Part shown: positions 22,584 through 34,208 of the stretch, piece after piece | How the letters are laid out: each line of letters starts with the position of its first letter | Numbering within the stretch: position 1 is the first letter of the stretch | Source: Felis catus | Lineage: Eukaryota | Direction: 5' to 3' | Assembly: GCF_018350175.1 (NCBI RefSeq) | Contig: NC_058368.1 | Span: 220,846,001 to 220,910,000, forward strand | Length of the DNA stretch: 64,000 nucleotides | Position numbers and translations under genes: made by a program | Notes under the pieces: model-generated | Database searches by the model: none | What the model was told of the DNA's origin: nothing | Seen by the model: the letters and a program-made list of their open reading frames with translations, nothing else

Positions 22584-24963
22584 CAGCCATATCTCAGAGA
22601 TATTGCTGGTTCAGTTCCATACCAGCACAGTAAAGTGAATATTGCAATAATGCGAGTCAAATAAAGGTTTTGGTTTCCTAGTGCATATAAAAGTTATGTT
22701 TATACTGTAGTCTGTTAAGTGTGCATGCAGTATCATTATGTCTAAGGAATGTATAGACCTTAGTTAAAAAATATTTTACTGCTTAATAATGCTAGCTATC
22801 TTGTGAGCTTTTAGCAAGTCCTAATCTTTTTACTGGTGGAGAGTCTTGACTTGATAGCTGCTGACTGATCAGGGTGGTGGTTGTTGAAGGTTGGGGTAGC
22901 TGTGCCAATCTCTTAAAATAGGACAATAGTGAAGTTTCTGGCATCAATTGACTCTTCCTTTCACAAATAATTTCTCTGTAGCATGTGATGCTGTTCAATA
23001 GCATTTTAACCAGAGTAGAATTTCTTTCAAAATTGAGTCGTCTCAAACTCTGCCACTGCTTTATCAACTAAATTGTAATATTTTAAATCCTTTGTGGTTA
23101 TTCCAGTAATATTCACAGCATCTTCACCAGAAGCATATTCCATCCAAAGAAAACACTTCCTTTGCTCACCTAGAGGAAGTAACTTCTCATCGATTAAAGT
23201 TTTATCATGAAATTGCAGCAACTCAGTCACATCTTCAGGCTCCATTTCTGATCTAGTTCTCTTGCATCTACACTTACTTCCTCCACTGAAGTCTCAAACC
23301 CCTCAAAGTTGTCCAGGAGGATTGGAGTCAGCTTCTTCCAAACTGCTATTAATGCTGACATTTTCGTCTCTTTCCACGAATCACGAATATTCTTAATGAC
23401 ATCTATAATGGTGACTTGTTTCCAGAAGTTATTCAATTGACTTTGTTCAGATCCATCATAGAAACCACTATCTATGGCAGCTGAAGCTTTGTGAAATGCA
23501 TTTCTTAAATAACAATGCTTGAAAATCAAAATTACTCCTTGATTCATGGGCTACGGAATGGATGCTGTGTTAACAGACATGAGAACAACATTAATCTCAT
23601 TGTACATCTCCATCAGAGCTCTTGGGTAGCTAGGCACATTGTCAGTGAGCAGTAATATTTTGAGAAGAATCTTGCGTGATCAGTAGATCTCAACGGTGGG
23701 TTTAAAATATTCAGTAAACCATGTTGTAAACAGATGTGTTGTCACCCAGGCTTTGTTGTTCCATTTATAGAGCAGACAGAATAGATTTAGCATAATTCTT
23801 GAGGGCCCTAGGACTTCCAGAATAATACACGCTCACTGCCTTCAACTGAAAGTCACCATCTGCGTTAGCCCCAGCGATACAGTCAGTTTGCCCTTTGAAG
23901 CTTTGAAGCCAGGCATTGACATTTCATCTCCAGCTGTGAAAGTTCTAGACGGTATCTTCACCCAGTAGGAGGCTGTTTCATCTACATTGAACATTAGTTG
24001 TTTAGTGTAGCAACCTTCTTTGATTATCTGTGCTAGACCTTCTGGGTCACTTGCTGTAGGTTTTACATCAGCACTTGCTGCTTCACCCTGAACCTGTATG
24101 TTCTGGAGATGGGCTTCTTTCCTTCAACCTCATAAACCTATCTCTGCTAACTTCAGACTTTTCTCCTGTAGTTTTCTTGTCTTTTCAGCCTTCGTAGAAT
24201 TGAAGAGGGTTGGGGCCTTGCTCTGCATTGGGTTTTGGCTTAATGTTGGGAATGTTGTGGATGGTTTGAGCTTCTATCCAGACCAGTCAAACCTTTTCCA
24301 CATCATCGGAAAGGCTGTTTCCCTCATCGTTCTTGTGTTCACTGGACTGGTACTTTTCATTTCCTACAAGAACTTTTCCTTGGCATTCCCAACTTAGCTA
24401 ATTTGTGTGATGCCAGAAGCCTAGCTTTTGGCCTATCTTGGTTTTTGTATGTCTTCTTCACTAAACTTAATCATTTCTAGCTTTTGATTTAAAGTGAGAG
24501 ATGTGTGACTCTTCCTTTCACTTGAATACTTAGTGGTCATTTTAAGATTAATAATTGGCCTAATTTCAGTATTGTTGCATCTGAGGGAATAGGGAGGCCT
24601 GAGGAGAGGGAGAGAGATGGGGGAATGATTGGTCAGTGGAGCAGTCAGATCACATACTGTGTTTATCACTTAAGTACGCCGTTTTATATGGGTACAGTTC
24701 ATGGCACCCCAAAACAATTACAATAGTAACATCAAAGATTATGGATCACAAGTTAACATAACACATGTAATAGTAATGAAACTGTTTGAACTGTTAAAAG
24801 AATTACCAAAATATGATGCACAGACACAAAGTGAACCGATCCTGTTGGAAAATGGTGCTGATGGAATTGCTTAGTGCAGGGTTCTTGCAAACTGTCAACT
24901 TGTAAAACATACCATATATGCAAACGGCAATAACATGGAACACAATAAAATGATGTAGGCTTG
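22584..24963 (-). mobile_element. Tigger1 (pogo-like DNA transposon), near full length, decayed transposase
   Basis: TA|CAGCCATATCTCAGAGATATTGC left end and CAATAAAATGATGTAGGCTTG|TA right end; minus-strand fragments MTTKYSSERKSHTSLTLNQKLEMIKFSEE (ATG at 24540), [58 protein letters not shown] match Tigger1/TIGD1 transposase. Confidence 0.95.
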
Positions 24964-24987
24964 TATGTAATTGGCTGCTACAAGGCA

Positions 24988-25399
24988 TGTAATGTTAAAT
25001 TTATGTGTCAATTTGGCGAGGCCACAGTGCCCAGACACATGTTGACTTATGAATGTTGCTATAAAGGTATTTTAATGCAATTAACATTTTAATTAGGAGA
25101 CTTTGAGTGAGCAGATTAGGCTCCATTATGTGGGTGGGCCTCACCCAAACAGTTAAAGAGTTTAAGAAAAAAATTTTTCTCCTCTGAGGAAGGGGAAATT
25201 CTGCCAGCAGAATGCCTCTGGACTGGAATTGCAACATCATTCTTCCCTGGGTTTCTAGCCTAGCAGCCCATCCAGGACATTTTAAGACTTGGCAGCCTTC
25301 CCAGTCACATGAGCCCACTTCTTAAAATAAATCTCTCTCTCTCTGTATATAAATACACATTCTATTGATTTTGTTTCTCTATAGACCCTGACCAGTACA
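24988..25399 (+). mobile_element. MLT2 (ERVL) solo LTR, complete
   Basis: TGTAATGTTAAATTTATGTGTCAA start, AATAAA near 25327, end GTTTCTCTATAGACCCTGACCAGTACA (TG...CA termini). Confidence 0.9.
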
Positions 25400-25949
25400 A
25401 GTGATAACACCATCTTGACGGAGGTTAAAGAACATCTTGGAAGGGAGAAATCAGGGACAGATATGTATAGCATTGCGTTAAAAATGATTTCTTAATCTGA
25501 ATAATTTTAAACAAGTCGTGCAATTCAAGGGTCTTGTTTGGAATGGGAAGAGGTTATGGCTCAATAGCTCTGGATTGATGGAGGTATAGTCGAGGCAGGT
25601 ACTGCTAGGCCACTTGCTAGTCCCAATAGGTACATTATTTCAGTTGGTTCAAAGTCTTCAAGGAGGAAATATCTCCAGGAAGCAGCAGTGAAGTTATTTT
25701 GCCTAATCTCAGGGCTTTTTGTTGTTGCATAAAAACAGGGAAAAAAAGTTTTTCCAGAATTGTTTAGAACTAGGACAGGAAAGTATGTCATTTCACTTCT
25801 AAAGTTTATGTGCGTATACAAGATGTTCAAGAATAGAAGAATCCAACAAGACTTTGGCAGCAAGAATCCATTCGTGGTGGCCTCTTTGAAATCAATATAA
25901 GTATTTATTTCTGATATTGCAAAGGAGTCTCATTAGTGAATTACGTGCT

Positions 25950-26060
25950 GGGTCACAAGTCAGAAATCCCGGTTGCCAGTTCTGATTCCACGTCTCACTA
26001 ACTGAAGGATTTAGTAAGTCTTTTAACATCTTTGAGTTTCCTGACTTTCCGTATGGGATC
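25950..26060 (+). mobile_element. MIR fragment
   Basis: AGTCAGAAATCCCGGTT...CACTAACTG...GTAAGTCTTTTAACATCTTTGAG resembles the MIR core. Confidence 0.5.
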
Positions 26061-27290
26061 CTGGCCAGGATCTTATTCAATTTTAAAATCCTGTTATTTC
26101 CTGAATAAATAATAAAAAATGGAGAATACGTAGTAAGTATGAGATTCCTCAGAGGTTGTCTGATCTAATGATGATGGAAAAGAAAATTTGGGACACATTA
26201 GACAATAATAGATTTCTCAAGAAGTAGTGACTGAAGCATCTTGAATATAGAGATGATTATTTGAGGCTACCTTTATCACGATAGTTTAATCTACAGTGGT
26301 GTAGCCCTTCCATTGGCCACTATAAGTAAATAAGTAAGTAAATAGATATCAGGCTCCTGTGACTATGAAAATTTAGTCATTGAACGGATGAGCAGATCTT
26401 TGCAATTGGAAAAGTGATAAAAAATTTGAGTATTTCTGTGTGGTGGCATTCAAGTCAATATGCACACTATTATAGCTGCTCATAGGGACCCTGGGTGATC
26501 TTATTTAGAGATACTTTGTCACAGAGTCTAAAATAGTTGCCAGAAGAGTTGAAAGTGTTTTAGAAACCATTTGCTTTATTTCTGTGACGTGATAGATACA
26601 TACAGCCTTGTAATGCCTGCTATAAATAATGCACTTGTTTAGTAAAATTAGTGTTGCACAGCACTGCGTGTCCTTTTCCTTCACAGTTCGATGGCACTGG
26701 GATGGCAGGGAGTTCCTGCCACAGGTATCAGCTGCTGCCTGTGCTATCATCGGTCTCCAGCAGTGGTTCTGTTAATTATCTTGCGATAGTGTCTGAGGCA
26801 GAGAGCAATCTCTCCTAAAGAGCGGACAGATTTAAAGAGGCAGAATTAATGAAAATTGATTCACACATTCTGTCATGTAGAGGTCTGCTGGGAGCCTTTC
26901 TTTCATATCCCCCTCCCCATTTCGTGATGTTGTACAACATGGTACAGGTGGGAATCCCTACCTTGGGATACTAATTATGGAGCTTGAATGGGATTAGCCA
27001 CAGTGATTGGCAGTGTAATGCATGAAAGGATTTTAAAATTTACTTCATTTAAGGGATTTCGTGAGGGACCGATTCTTTCTTCTGACTTTTATAAGTGGTT
27101 ATTGAGAAGTTGACAAAGCTGAAAATCCAAGGTCACTAAGGATTATTGGAAAACCTACAAATGAATTATAAATTTTAGTAGTTAATTGTTCAAAATTGTG
27201 TACCTGAAAAAGGCATGTGGAGTACTGGAAAGATAAATAACAGATAGATAAATATATCAGTATATGTTGGTAGTTTTTATTTATTGTTAT

Positions 27291-27701
27291 TTTTTAAGTT
27301 TATTTATTTTGAGAGGAAGAGCATGGACACATGCATGCACAAGCACATGGGTGTAGGAGGGGCAGAGAGAGAGTGAGAGAGAGAATCCCAAGCAGGCTTC
27401 TCACTGTTCGTGCAGAGCCCCACATGCGGCTCAATCTCACAAACCATGAGATCCTGCCCTGAGCTGAAATCAACAGTCGGATGCTTTTTAAAAATTAAAA
27501 AAAAAATTTTTTTTTGAGAGAGAGGGTGCATGAACAGGGGAGGGCCAGAGGGAGAGGGAGAGGGAGTCACTGAATCCGAAGCAGGCTCCAGGCTCTGAGC
27601 TGTCAGCACAGAGCCCGATGCGGGGCTTGAACTCACGAACCATGAGATCACGACCTGAGGTGAAATCAGATGCTTAACCGACTGAGCCACTCAGGTGTCC
27701 C
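27291..27701 (-). mobile_element. composite of two CanSINE bodies sharing one head
   Basis: body 1 (27291-27486) stops at CGGATGCTT; body 2 (27487-27701) has tail and head; TAGTTTTTATT flanks the composite. Confidence 0.9.
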
Positions 27702-27714
27702 AGTAGTTTTTATT

Positions 27715-27945
27715 ATTTCATTTTATTTTATTTTTTAAATGTTTATTTATTTTTGAGAGGAGAGACAGAGACAGAGAGTGAACGAGCAGGAACATGAGCA
27801 GGGCAGAGAGAGGGGGGGACAGAGTATCTGAAGTGAGTTCTCTGCTGACAGCAGAAAGCCTGATGAGAGGCTTGAACTCAGGAACTGTGAGGTCATGACC
27901 TGAGCCAGTCTGAATACTTAACTGACTGAGCCACCCAGGCATCCC
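27715..27945 (-). mobile_element. CanSINE
   Basis: T tail, body, head CCACCCAGGCATCCC. Confidence 0.93.
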
Positions 27946-28229
27946 AGTTTTCAATTGTTTTAATGAAAGGCTCTGTGTTTTGGAATTTATACTTGAACAT
28001 ACAAAAATAGCAGATTTTTAATCTGAAAATTAATTTAATTAATAAGGTATTTAATAAGACGACTTGATAATCACCAAGACCTTTTTATACTACTCATAAC
28101 TAACCATTACCAATTTCTTCCGAAAAGTGAAGCAATATGACCGTGAATCAATATGATTGTGAATCAAAGTGATCTAATCCTGAACGCTAGGGGTTATGTT
28201 TTCTTCACCAAGGAAATAGTTGATATAAA

Positions 28230-28620
28230 TTCTAAGCTTCTGTAACAACGGCAGCAACAACAAAAAACCCCACCAAAACAGTTAAGCAAGATAAATACTC
28301 TCCTGCAGGTCTCCAATTTGAAGATTTAAACAGCGTAAATAATACCTTAGATACAGCCGTTCCAAAGAGTGTGGTCCAGGGCTCACGGTGTGCTGTCTTC
28401 ATCTTCTCCTGTGGTCTGGGAGCCCAGAACCTACCCTCCATCCTGTGGGGAGAAGAGAAGTTACATGTGGGAGTATCCCCCTCCAGGAAGGAAGGAGGCA
28501 TGCTTTCTGGATTTTAAAAGCAGGACCCTAAAGGCACATATCACCTTTGTTTGTCCACTGTTAATCATGAGCCAAGTGCTGCTGCCCAGCGAAATGCCCA
28601 CTTTGATGGAGGAAGCAGAG
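28230..28620 (-). mobile_element. old MLT1 (MaLR) LTR fragment
   Basis: CCAGGAAGGAAGGAGG...GGCACATATCACCTTTGTTTGTCCACTG...ATCATGAGCCAAG resembles old MLT1 reverse strand. Confidence 0.5.
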
Positions 28621-29268
28621 GAAGGATATCAGAGAAGAGACAGCATCAATAGGAAATGGAAAAAGCAAGTAAGAAGAACAATTAGAATCAGCAAGTTGAA
28701 AGACTTAATAATGGCCTGAGTGTTCTTAAGAATACTCGTGATTTCACATTTGATACATTAAGAATCCTAATAAGAATTAGAAATTTAATATGGAACATAA
28801 ATAATGATTTGGATAAAAAACAAGTCCTGTGAAGTCCTTTTTTTTTTTTTTTACATATTTAACAGATATTGAGCATAGTGTTTTAGATAAAATGAAATAA
28901 GTATAGGAAGAAATAAGGAATGGTAGTAAATACAAATATAGTGATATAAGTCATATTTATCTTTTGTATTTATCTTCTCGAGTATTCTTTGTTCTTCAAG
29001 TTGACAGAAATATGTCATTCCTTATAACAAAATGAAGATTTCTAAAGAGAATTTATACCTCCTTGAATGTTACAAATATAATGTGTATTTTATCGCATAA
29101 AAGTGTTTTGATCAGTATTTGCTATCGTAACATGTGCTTATTCTTTCCAGAAACATGTCTAAACCTCTGAACATTTGTAAAAATGCTGTTAGGAACGTTG
29201 AGCAGTACACAGGGAAATACAATAGTCAGGACTCATTACTTCAGGCCACTTAACAATCTGTCATTTTA

Positions 29269-29489
29269 TTTACTTTTTTTTAACCTTTTTTTTTTTTAAA
29301 TTTTTGAGACAGGGAGAGACAGAGCATGAACAGGGGAGGGTCAGAGAGAGGGAGACACAGAATCTGAAACAGGCTCCAGGCTCTGAACTGTCAGCACAGA
29401 GCCCGACGCGGGGCTCGAACTCATGGACCGCGAGATCGTGACCTGAGCCGAAGTCGGCCGCTTGGCCGACTGAGCCACCCAGGCGCCCC
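29269..29489 (-). mobile_element. SINEC_Fc (young)
   Basis: perfect 17-bp TSD AACAATCTGTCATTTTA at 29252-29268 and 29490-29506. Confidence 0.98.
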
Positions 29490-30355
29490 AACAATCTGTC
29501 ATTTTAAAATAAGGGATTTTTCAGATGAGATTTACAGCATCAAGTTTTCTGAAAGAAGTATTAGTGGAATTATTCAGGTCAAGAATTACAGTCTAATAAA
29601 AGCAAAGATGTTCTATTACTTTATAGATACGTTGCATCCGTTTTTGGCACTTCTAACTTGCTTATCCAAAAACATAGCGTAACAATTTAGGACAGATTAA
29701 AAGTGTTATATTATTTGATACTGTTTGTAGGCTACACATGAACAGGTATATACACAAAAAGTGGAAGCAAAAAAAAAAAAGCCTTAAGGCTTCATAAATA
29801 CAATCTTACTGAATTCCCTGTGTTTATATTTGGCTAATCAAAGTTTAAAAATATAAACCTTGACAGTATCCTATGCTTAATACAAAAGGGGAATGACATC
29901 AACATTGTTCTGAATAAAAATAAATAGATAAAAACTTTTGTTTCTAGCAAGTGGTTTTATTCCAAAAATTAATATCTATTGGCTTTATTTTTTAAATTTT
30001 ATTTTATCTGGTCTTTAATATATTTGGAATAAAAGGGATTGAATTATATTGGTAGTTTTTAAGATAGCCATGACTCAGAATGGTAAAATTTGCATTTATA
30101 CATCCTTGCAAACTGGAGTTCTGCACTGAAAAACATGTGAAATAAGGGTTTGTTAGCGTTTCCTGAAAGTACTATTGTTTGGGGGAATTTATATTTCCAT
30201 GTGTACCCCTGACTTTGTTTATTTTTGAAGCAAAGAAAATAGGTAGTTCTCTCTTCAAAGTAACCTGATGTGGAGATTGGGAAAGGGAACAGATTAGATA
30301 CTCTTCAGTATAGTGCTTGTAAGGGTACAGATGTAGAATTTTGAGGTAGAATCCG

Positions 30356-30420
30356 TTGTAGCTACAGAAATATATATTTGTAGCTACATGAATCTATTAT
30401 TTGTAGCTATAGGAATATAT
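30356..30420. repeat. 22-23-bp tandem repeat, 3 copies
   Basis: TTGTAGCTA units start at 30356, 30378 and 30401. Confidence 0.85.
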
Positions 30421-31059
30421 GAAGGCCAGTTTTTCAAACTCACACATTGTTTCTATTTATGCTGTTTTTAGTCCTATGAAAACATATCCCTTGATTATAA
30501 CTAGTTAATGCATTGAAACCACTTAGAAGTAACAATTCCAAAAGACATTGATAGAGAGAAAGAAGTAATAATTGCTTTTCATAACTTTTATATTCCATAG
30601 CATACATGTGTATCAAATCGCATTGGTTTAATAAAGTTAGATATTAGCATTGAGAAGAGGAAGACGATGCCTTAATGGTTTTGTTCTTTGGAGCAAAAAG
30701 TGTCAGGATGACTGATGTAGCTTGAAGCTGTCAGAGAATGGACTAAGGGGTGGGAGGTGAGTAGAGTTTAGAAGCACCAAGACCTTCATTTTACTTTAGC
30801 ACTCCCTGCTTCTCTCCCTCTGCCCCCAACACACACACTTAATGACGAGGATGTGGCTTCCCTGATGCATACTGGATCAGGAACTAAGTACGCCCAACAT
30901 CTCTCACGCTCACTCAATTGGGAGGACTCTATAGCAGAATGCTTTCTTTCCAATATCTGAAAAATCATACTCAATACCCAAATAAAAATGTTACTTGGTA
31001 ATTTATTCTGTTTCATATCTTTTTTTTTTTTTCAGGGCACTATGCTATGAAATCATTTA

Positions 31060-31652
31060 ACTAACTTCTGTAATTCTCATCACCGATTTAACCCATCCCC
31101 CCACTAATCTCCCCTCTGGTAATCATCAGTTTGTTCTCTTAAATTAAGAGTCTGTTCTTGGTTTCTCTGTCTGTCTGTCTCTTTCTCTCTTATGTTTTCC
31201 CTTTGCTAGTTTGTTTTTTTTCTTAAATTCCACATATGAGTGAAATCATGTGGTATTTGTCTTTCTCTGACAGACTTATTTCACTTAGCATCATACTATC
31301 TAGCTCCATCTATGTTGTTGGAAATGGCAAGATTTCATTCTTGTTGAATACTTTGGTTTCTTGTTAAATTTTTTAAAAATTTATTTATTTTTGAAAGAGA
31401 CAGAGGTGGTGTGAGCGGAGGAGGGAATGACAGAGGGGAGAGGGAATGATAGGGAGAGAGAGAATCCCAAGCAGGCTCCATGCTTCTAGTGTAGAGCCTG
31501 ATGTGGGGCTCAAACCCACAAAACCGTGAGATCATGACCTGAGCCAAAACCAAGAGTCAGACACTTAACTGATTGAGCCCTCAGGCGCCCCTCTGGTTTC
31601 TCTTCAGATCGAATAAATATTTCACTTTTTTATGGCTGAATAATATTCCGTT

Positions 31653-31701
<49 letters not shown>

Positions 31702-31880
31702 CCACATCTTTATCAATTCATCAGTTGCTGGATACTTGGGCTGCTTCTGTATTTTGGCTATTGTGAATAATGCTGCTTATAAACATTAGGGGTGCATGTT
31801 CCCCCTTTGAATTAGTGTTCTTATATTATTTGGGTAAATATGTAGTAGTGCGATTCCTGGAACCTAAGTTCTATTTTTAA
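31060..31880 (-). mobile_element. carnivore L1 3' end, interrupted by a SINE and (TG)n
   Basis: AATTCCACATATGAGTGAAATCATGTGGTATTTGTCTTTCTCTG...CACTTAGCAT is typical L1 reverse-strand sequence. Confidence 0.9.
31366..31591 (-). mobile_element. CanSINE in L1
   Basis: head CCCTCAGGCGCCCC; decayed TSD T(T/C)TGGTTTCT. Confidence 0.92.
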
Positions 31881-32135
31881 CTTTATTTTTTAGTCATAAA
31901 ATATAATGTATTTTAATTTACAAGTTTAAGATGTAACAACATTCTTACGAAATTTTTGTAATCATTTGGGTAATTAATTAATGTAACATTGCTTTAGTTT
32001 TAGTTCCTTTACCATGTGATGACATTACTGATAAATTATTTGATTAATTGAGAAATTATTTTACTATTTTTAAAAAGTATTCTGTTTTCTACTCTTAACA
32101 TTTTTCTTTGCTTATAAAGAAGACTACCATAATTT

Positions 32136-32567
32136 TTTTTTGAATATGAAATTCATTGTCATATTGGTTTCCATACAACACCCGGTGCTCATCCCAACAG
32201 GTTCCCTCCTCAATGCCCATCACCCACTTTCCCCTTCCTCCCATCCCCCCATCAACCCTCAGTTTATTCTCAGTTTTTAAGAGTCTCTTATGGTTTGGCT
32301 CCCTCCCTCTCTAACTTTTTTTTTCCCCCCTTCCCCTCCCCCATGGTCTTCTGTTAAGTTTCTCAGGATCCACATAAGAGTGAAAACATATGGTATCTGT
32401 CTTTCTTTGCCTGACTTGTTTCACTTAGCATATCACTCTCCAGTTCCATCCACATTGCTACAAAAGGCCATATTTCATTCTTTCTCATTGCCAAGTCATA
32501 TTCCATTGTGTGTATAAATCACACCTTCTTTATCCATTCATCAGTTGATGGACATTCAGGCTCTTTC
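32136..32567 (-). mobile_element. 5'-truncated felid L1 3' end
   Basis: TGAAATTCATTGTCATATTGGTTTCCATACAACACCC terminus; perfect 20-bp TSD AAAGAAGACTACCATAATTT at 32116-32135 and 32569-32588. Confidence 0.95.
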
Positions 32568-32663
32568 AAAAGAAGACTACCATAATTTGATCATTTATTT
32601 TGTTAATGTTAAAGTGTGCCTTAAAGGTTACTATTTCAGCAATTCACTTTCATTTTTAGTGCT

Positions 32664-33070
32664 TCTATTAGTTTTCAATTTGCTGCTGTAACGAATTACC
32701 ACCAAACTGGCTTAACCCAATGCAAACTGAGTTTTTTTTATAGTTCTGCAGGTTAGGAAGTTGAGGTGGGTCTCACTGGGTGAAGTCAAGATGTTGGCAG
32801 GGCTGCTTTCCTTCTGGGGCTGTAGGGGTGAACCTGTTCCCTTGCTTTCCCACTCCGACGGGGCTTCCGCATCCCTGCGCTCATGGCCCTCTTCCTTTAT
32901 CTTCCAGGCTGGAAATCCTGCCTGTGTCTGTCTGAGCTCCATCCTCACATTTTTTCTCTTGCTCTCCCTGTTCTGCCTCACTGCCCACTTGCAAGGACCC
33001 TTGTGATGAGATTGCCTTGACTAGATAATCTAAGACAGTCACCCTGTTATGAAGTCCTTAACTTGATCGG
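32664..33070 (-). mobile_element. MLT1 (C/D-like) MaLR LTR
   Basis: TATTAGTTTTC...GCTGCTGTAACGAATTACCACCAAACTGGCTTAA...AGTCAAGATGTTGGCAGGGCTG...GGACCCTTGTGAT. Confidence 0.85.
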
Positions 33071-33369
33071 GTATATCAAAGTGTCAGGAAAAAGACATTC
33101 AATACATACCTTGACTTAATTAATCACAATAGAATTTGGAAGGTTTTTTTTTTTTTAAACATCAAACAATAATATGATGGAAAAATTTTGGATACTATAT
33201 TTGAAGTCAGTGGTTTTTATTTTTTATTTTTTTTTTACAAATTTGTTTAATGGGAAAAAGAAAATAATTCCTGCTAATAATACATTGCATATGTTGGGCT
33301 TATAATGGAATAAATAATTTTTTTGCCTCTTCTACAGAAAAGGAATTTCCTTCAGCACATTCATTAGAT

Positions 33370-33470
33370 ACAGTAGTATTAGGTTGATACCATTATTTTT
33401 CCAAATTACAAGCTGAGATTGAAAGCAGTTAACTTGCCCACATTAATACTACTTAATGAAGAATTAGGTC
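33370..33470 (-). mobile_element. MIR fragment
   Basis: CATTATTTTTCCAAATTACA...GCTGAGATTGAAAGCAGTTAACTTGCCCA is MIR core-like. Confidence 0.4.
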
Positions 33471-33882
33471 TGTATTTGCAAATTAAGTGTTTTTAGTAAA
33501 GTTTCAAATATATAAAATCTTTCACTTATTCGTAAGCTTTTCCACCTTCAAAACCTTTCAGCATAAGTATGCTTTATTTTGCTCATTGTTTTGAAATAGT
33601 TAAAAATTGGAGAAGAATATTATCTTAGAACAAAACTTAAACTTCAGCCCACATAGGATTTGCTGAAAACCTCAGAATTTATCATTGTCTCCATGGATTA
33701 GCCTTATAAAGTTGAATGATTTATAGCTGATAAGTTCTCTGTGACCTATCAGTCACAGGAAATGAGCATAGAAAAACACCAAATGCTCCCAAATAAATAT
33801 CACATTTTGAATAAAAACTAGTACATGTAACAATAGGATGAATTAGTATCCATAATGAAAAATGATATTAGCAAGCTGTACT

Positions 33883-34142
33883 TAAAGCAGATGAACGTAA
33901 GGGAAGGGAAGGAAAAATAAGATAAAAACAGAGAGGGAAGCAAACCGTAAGAAATTCTTAAATACATCGACTCTTAAAAATACAGACAGTTGCTGTAGGG
34001 ATGGTGGGTGGGGGAATGCACTAAATGGGTGAGGGGCATTAAGGAGGGCACTTGTTGGGATGAGCACTGGGTGTTGTATGTAAGTGATGAATCACTAAGT
34101 TCTACTCCTGAAACTAGTACTACACTATATGTTAACTAACTT

Positions 34143-34194
<52 letters not shown>

Positions 34195-34208
34195 CAAGCA
34201 AGCAAGCA
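33883..34208 (+). mobile_element. 5'-truncated carnivore L1 3' UTR with (GAAA)n(GCAA)n tail
   Basis: GGGCATTAAGGAGGGCACTTGTTGGGATGAGCACTGGGTGTTGTATG; TSD AGCAAGCTGTACT at 33870-33882 and 34209-34221. Confidence 0.93.

Noticed and set aside
22792..24669. TIGD1-like domesticated transposase gene
   Set aside because: The reading frame is broken into several short ORFs in different frames and lies within transposon termini.
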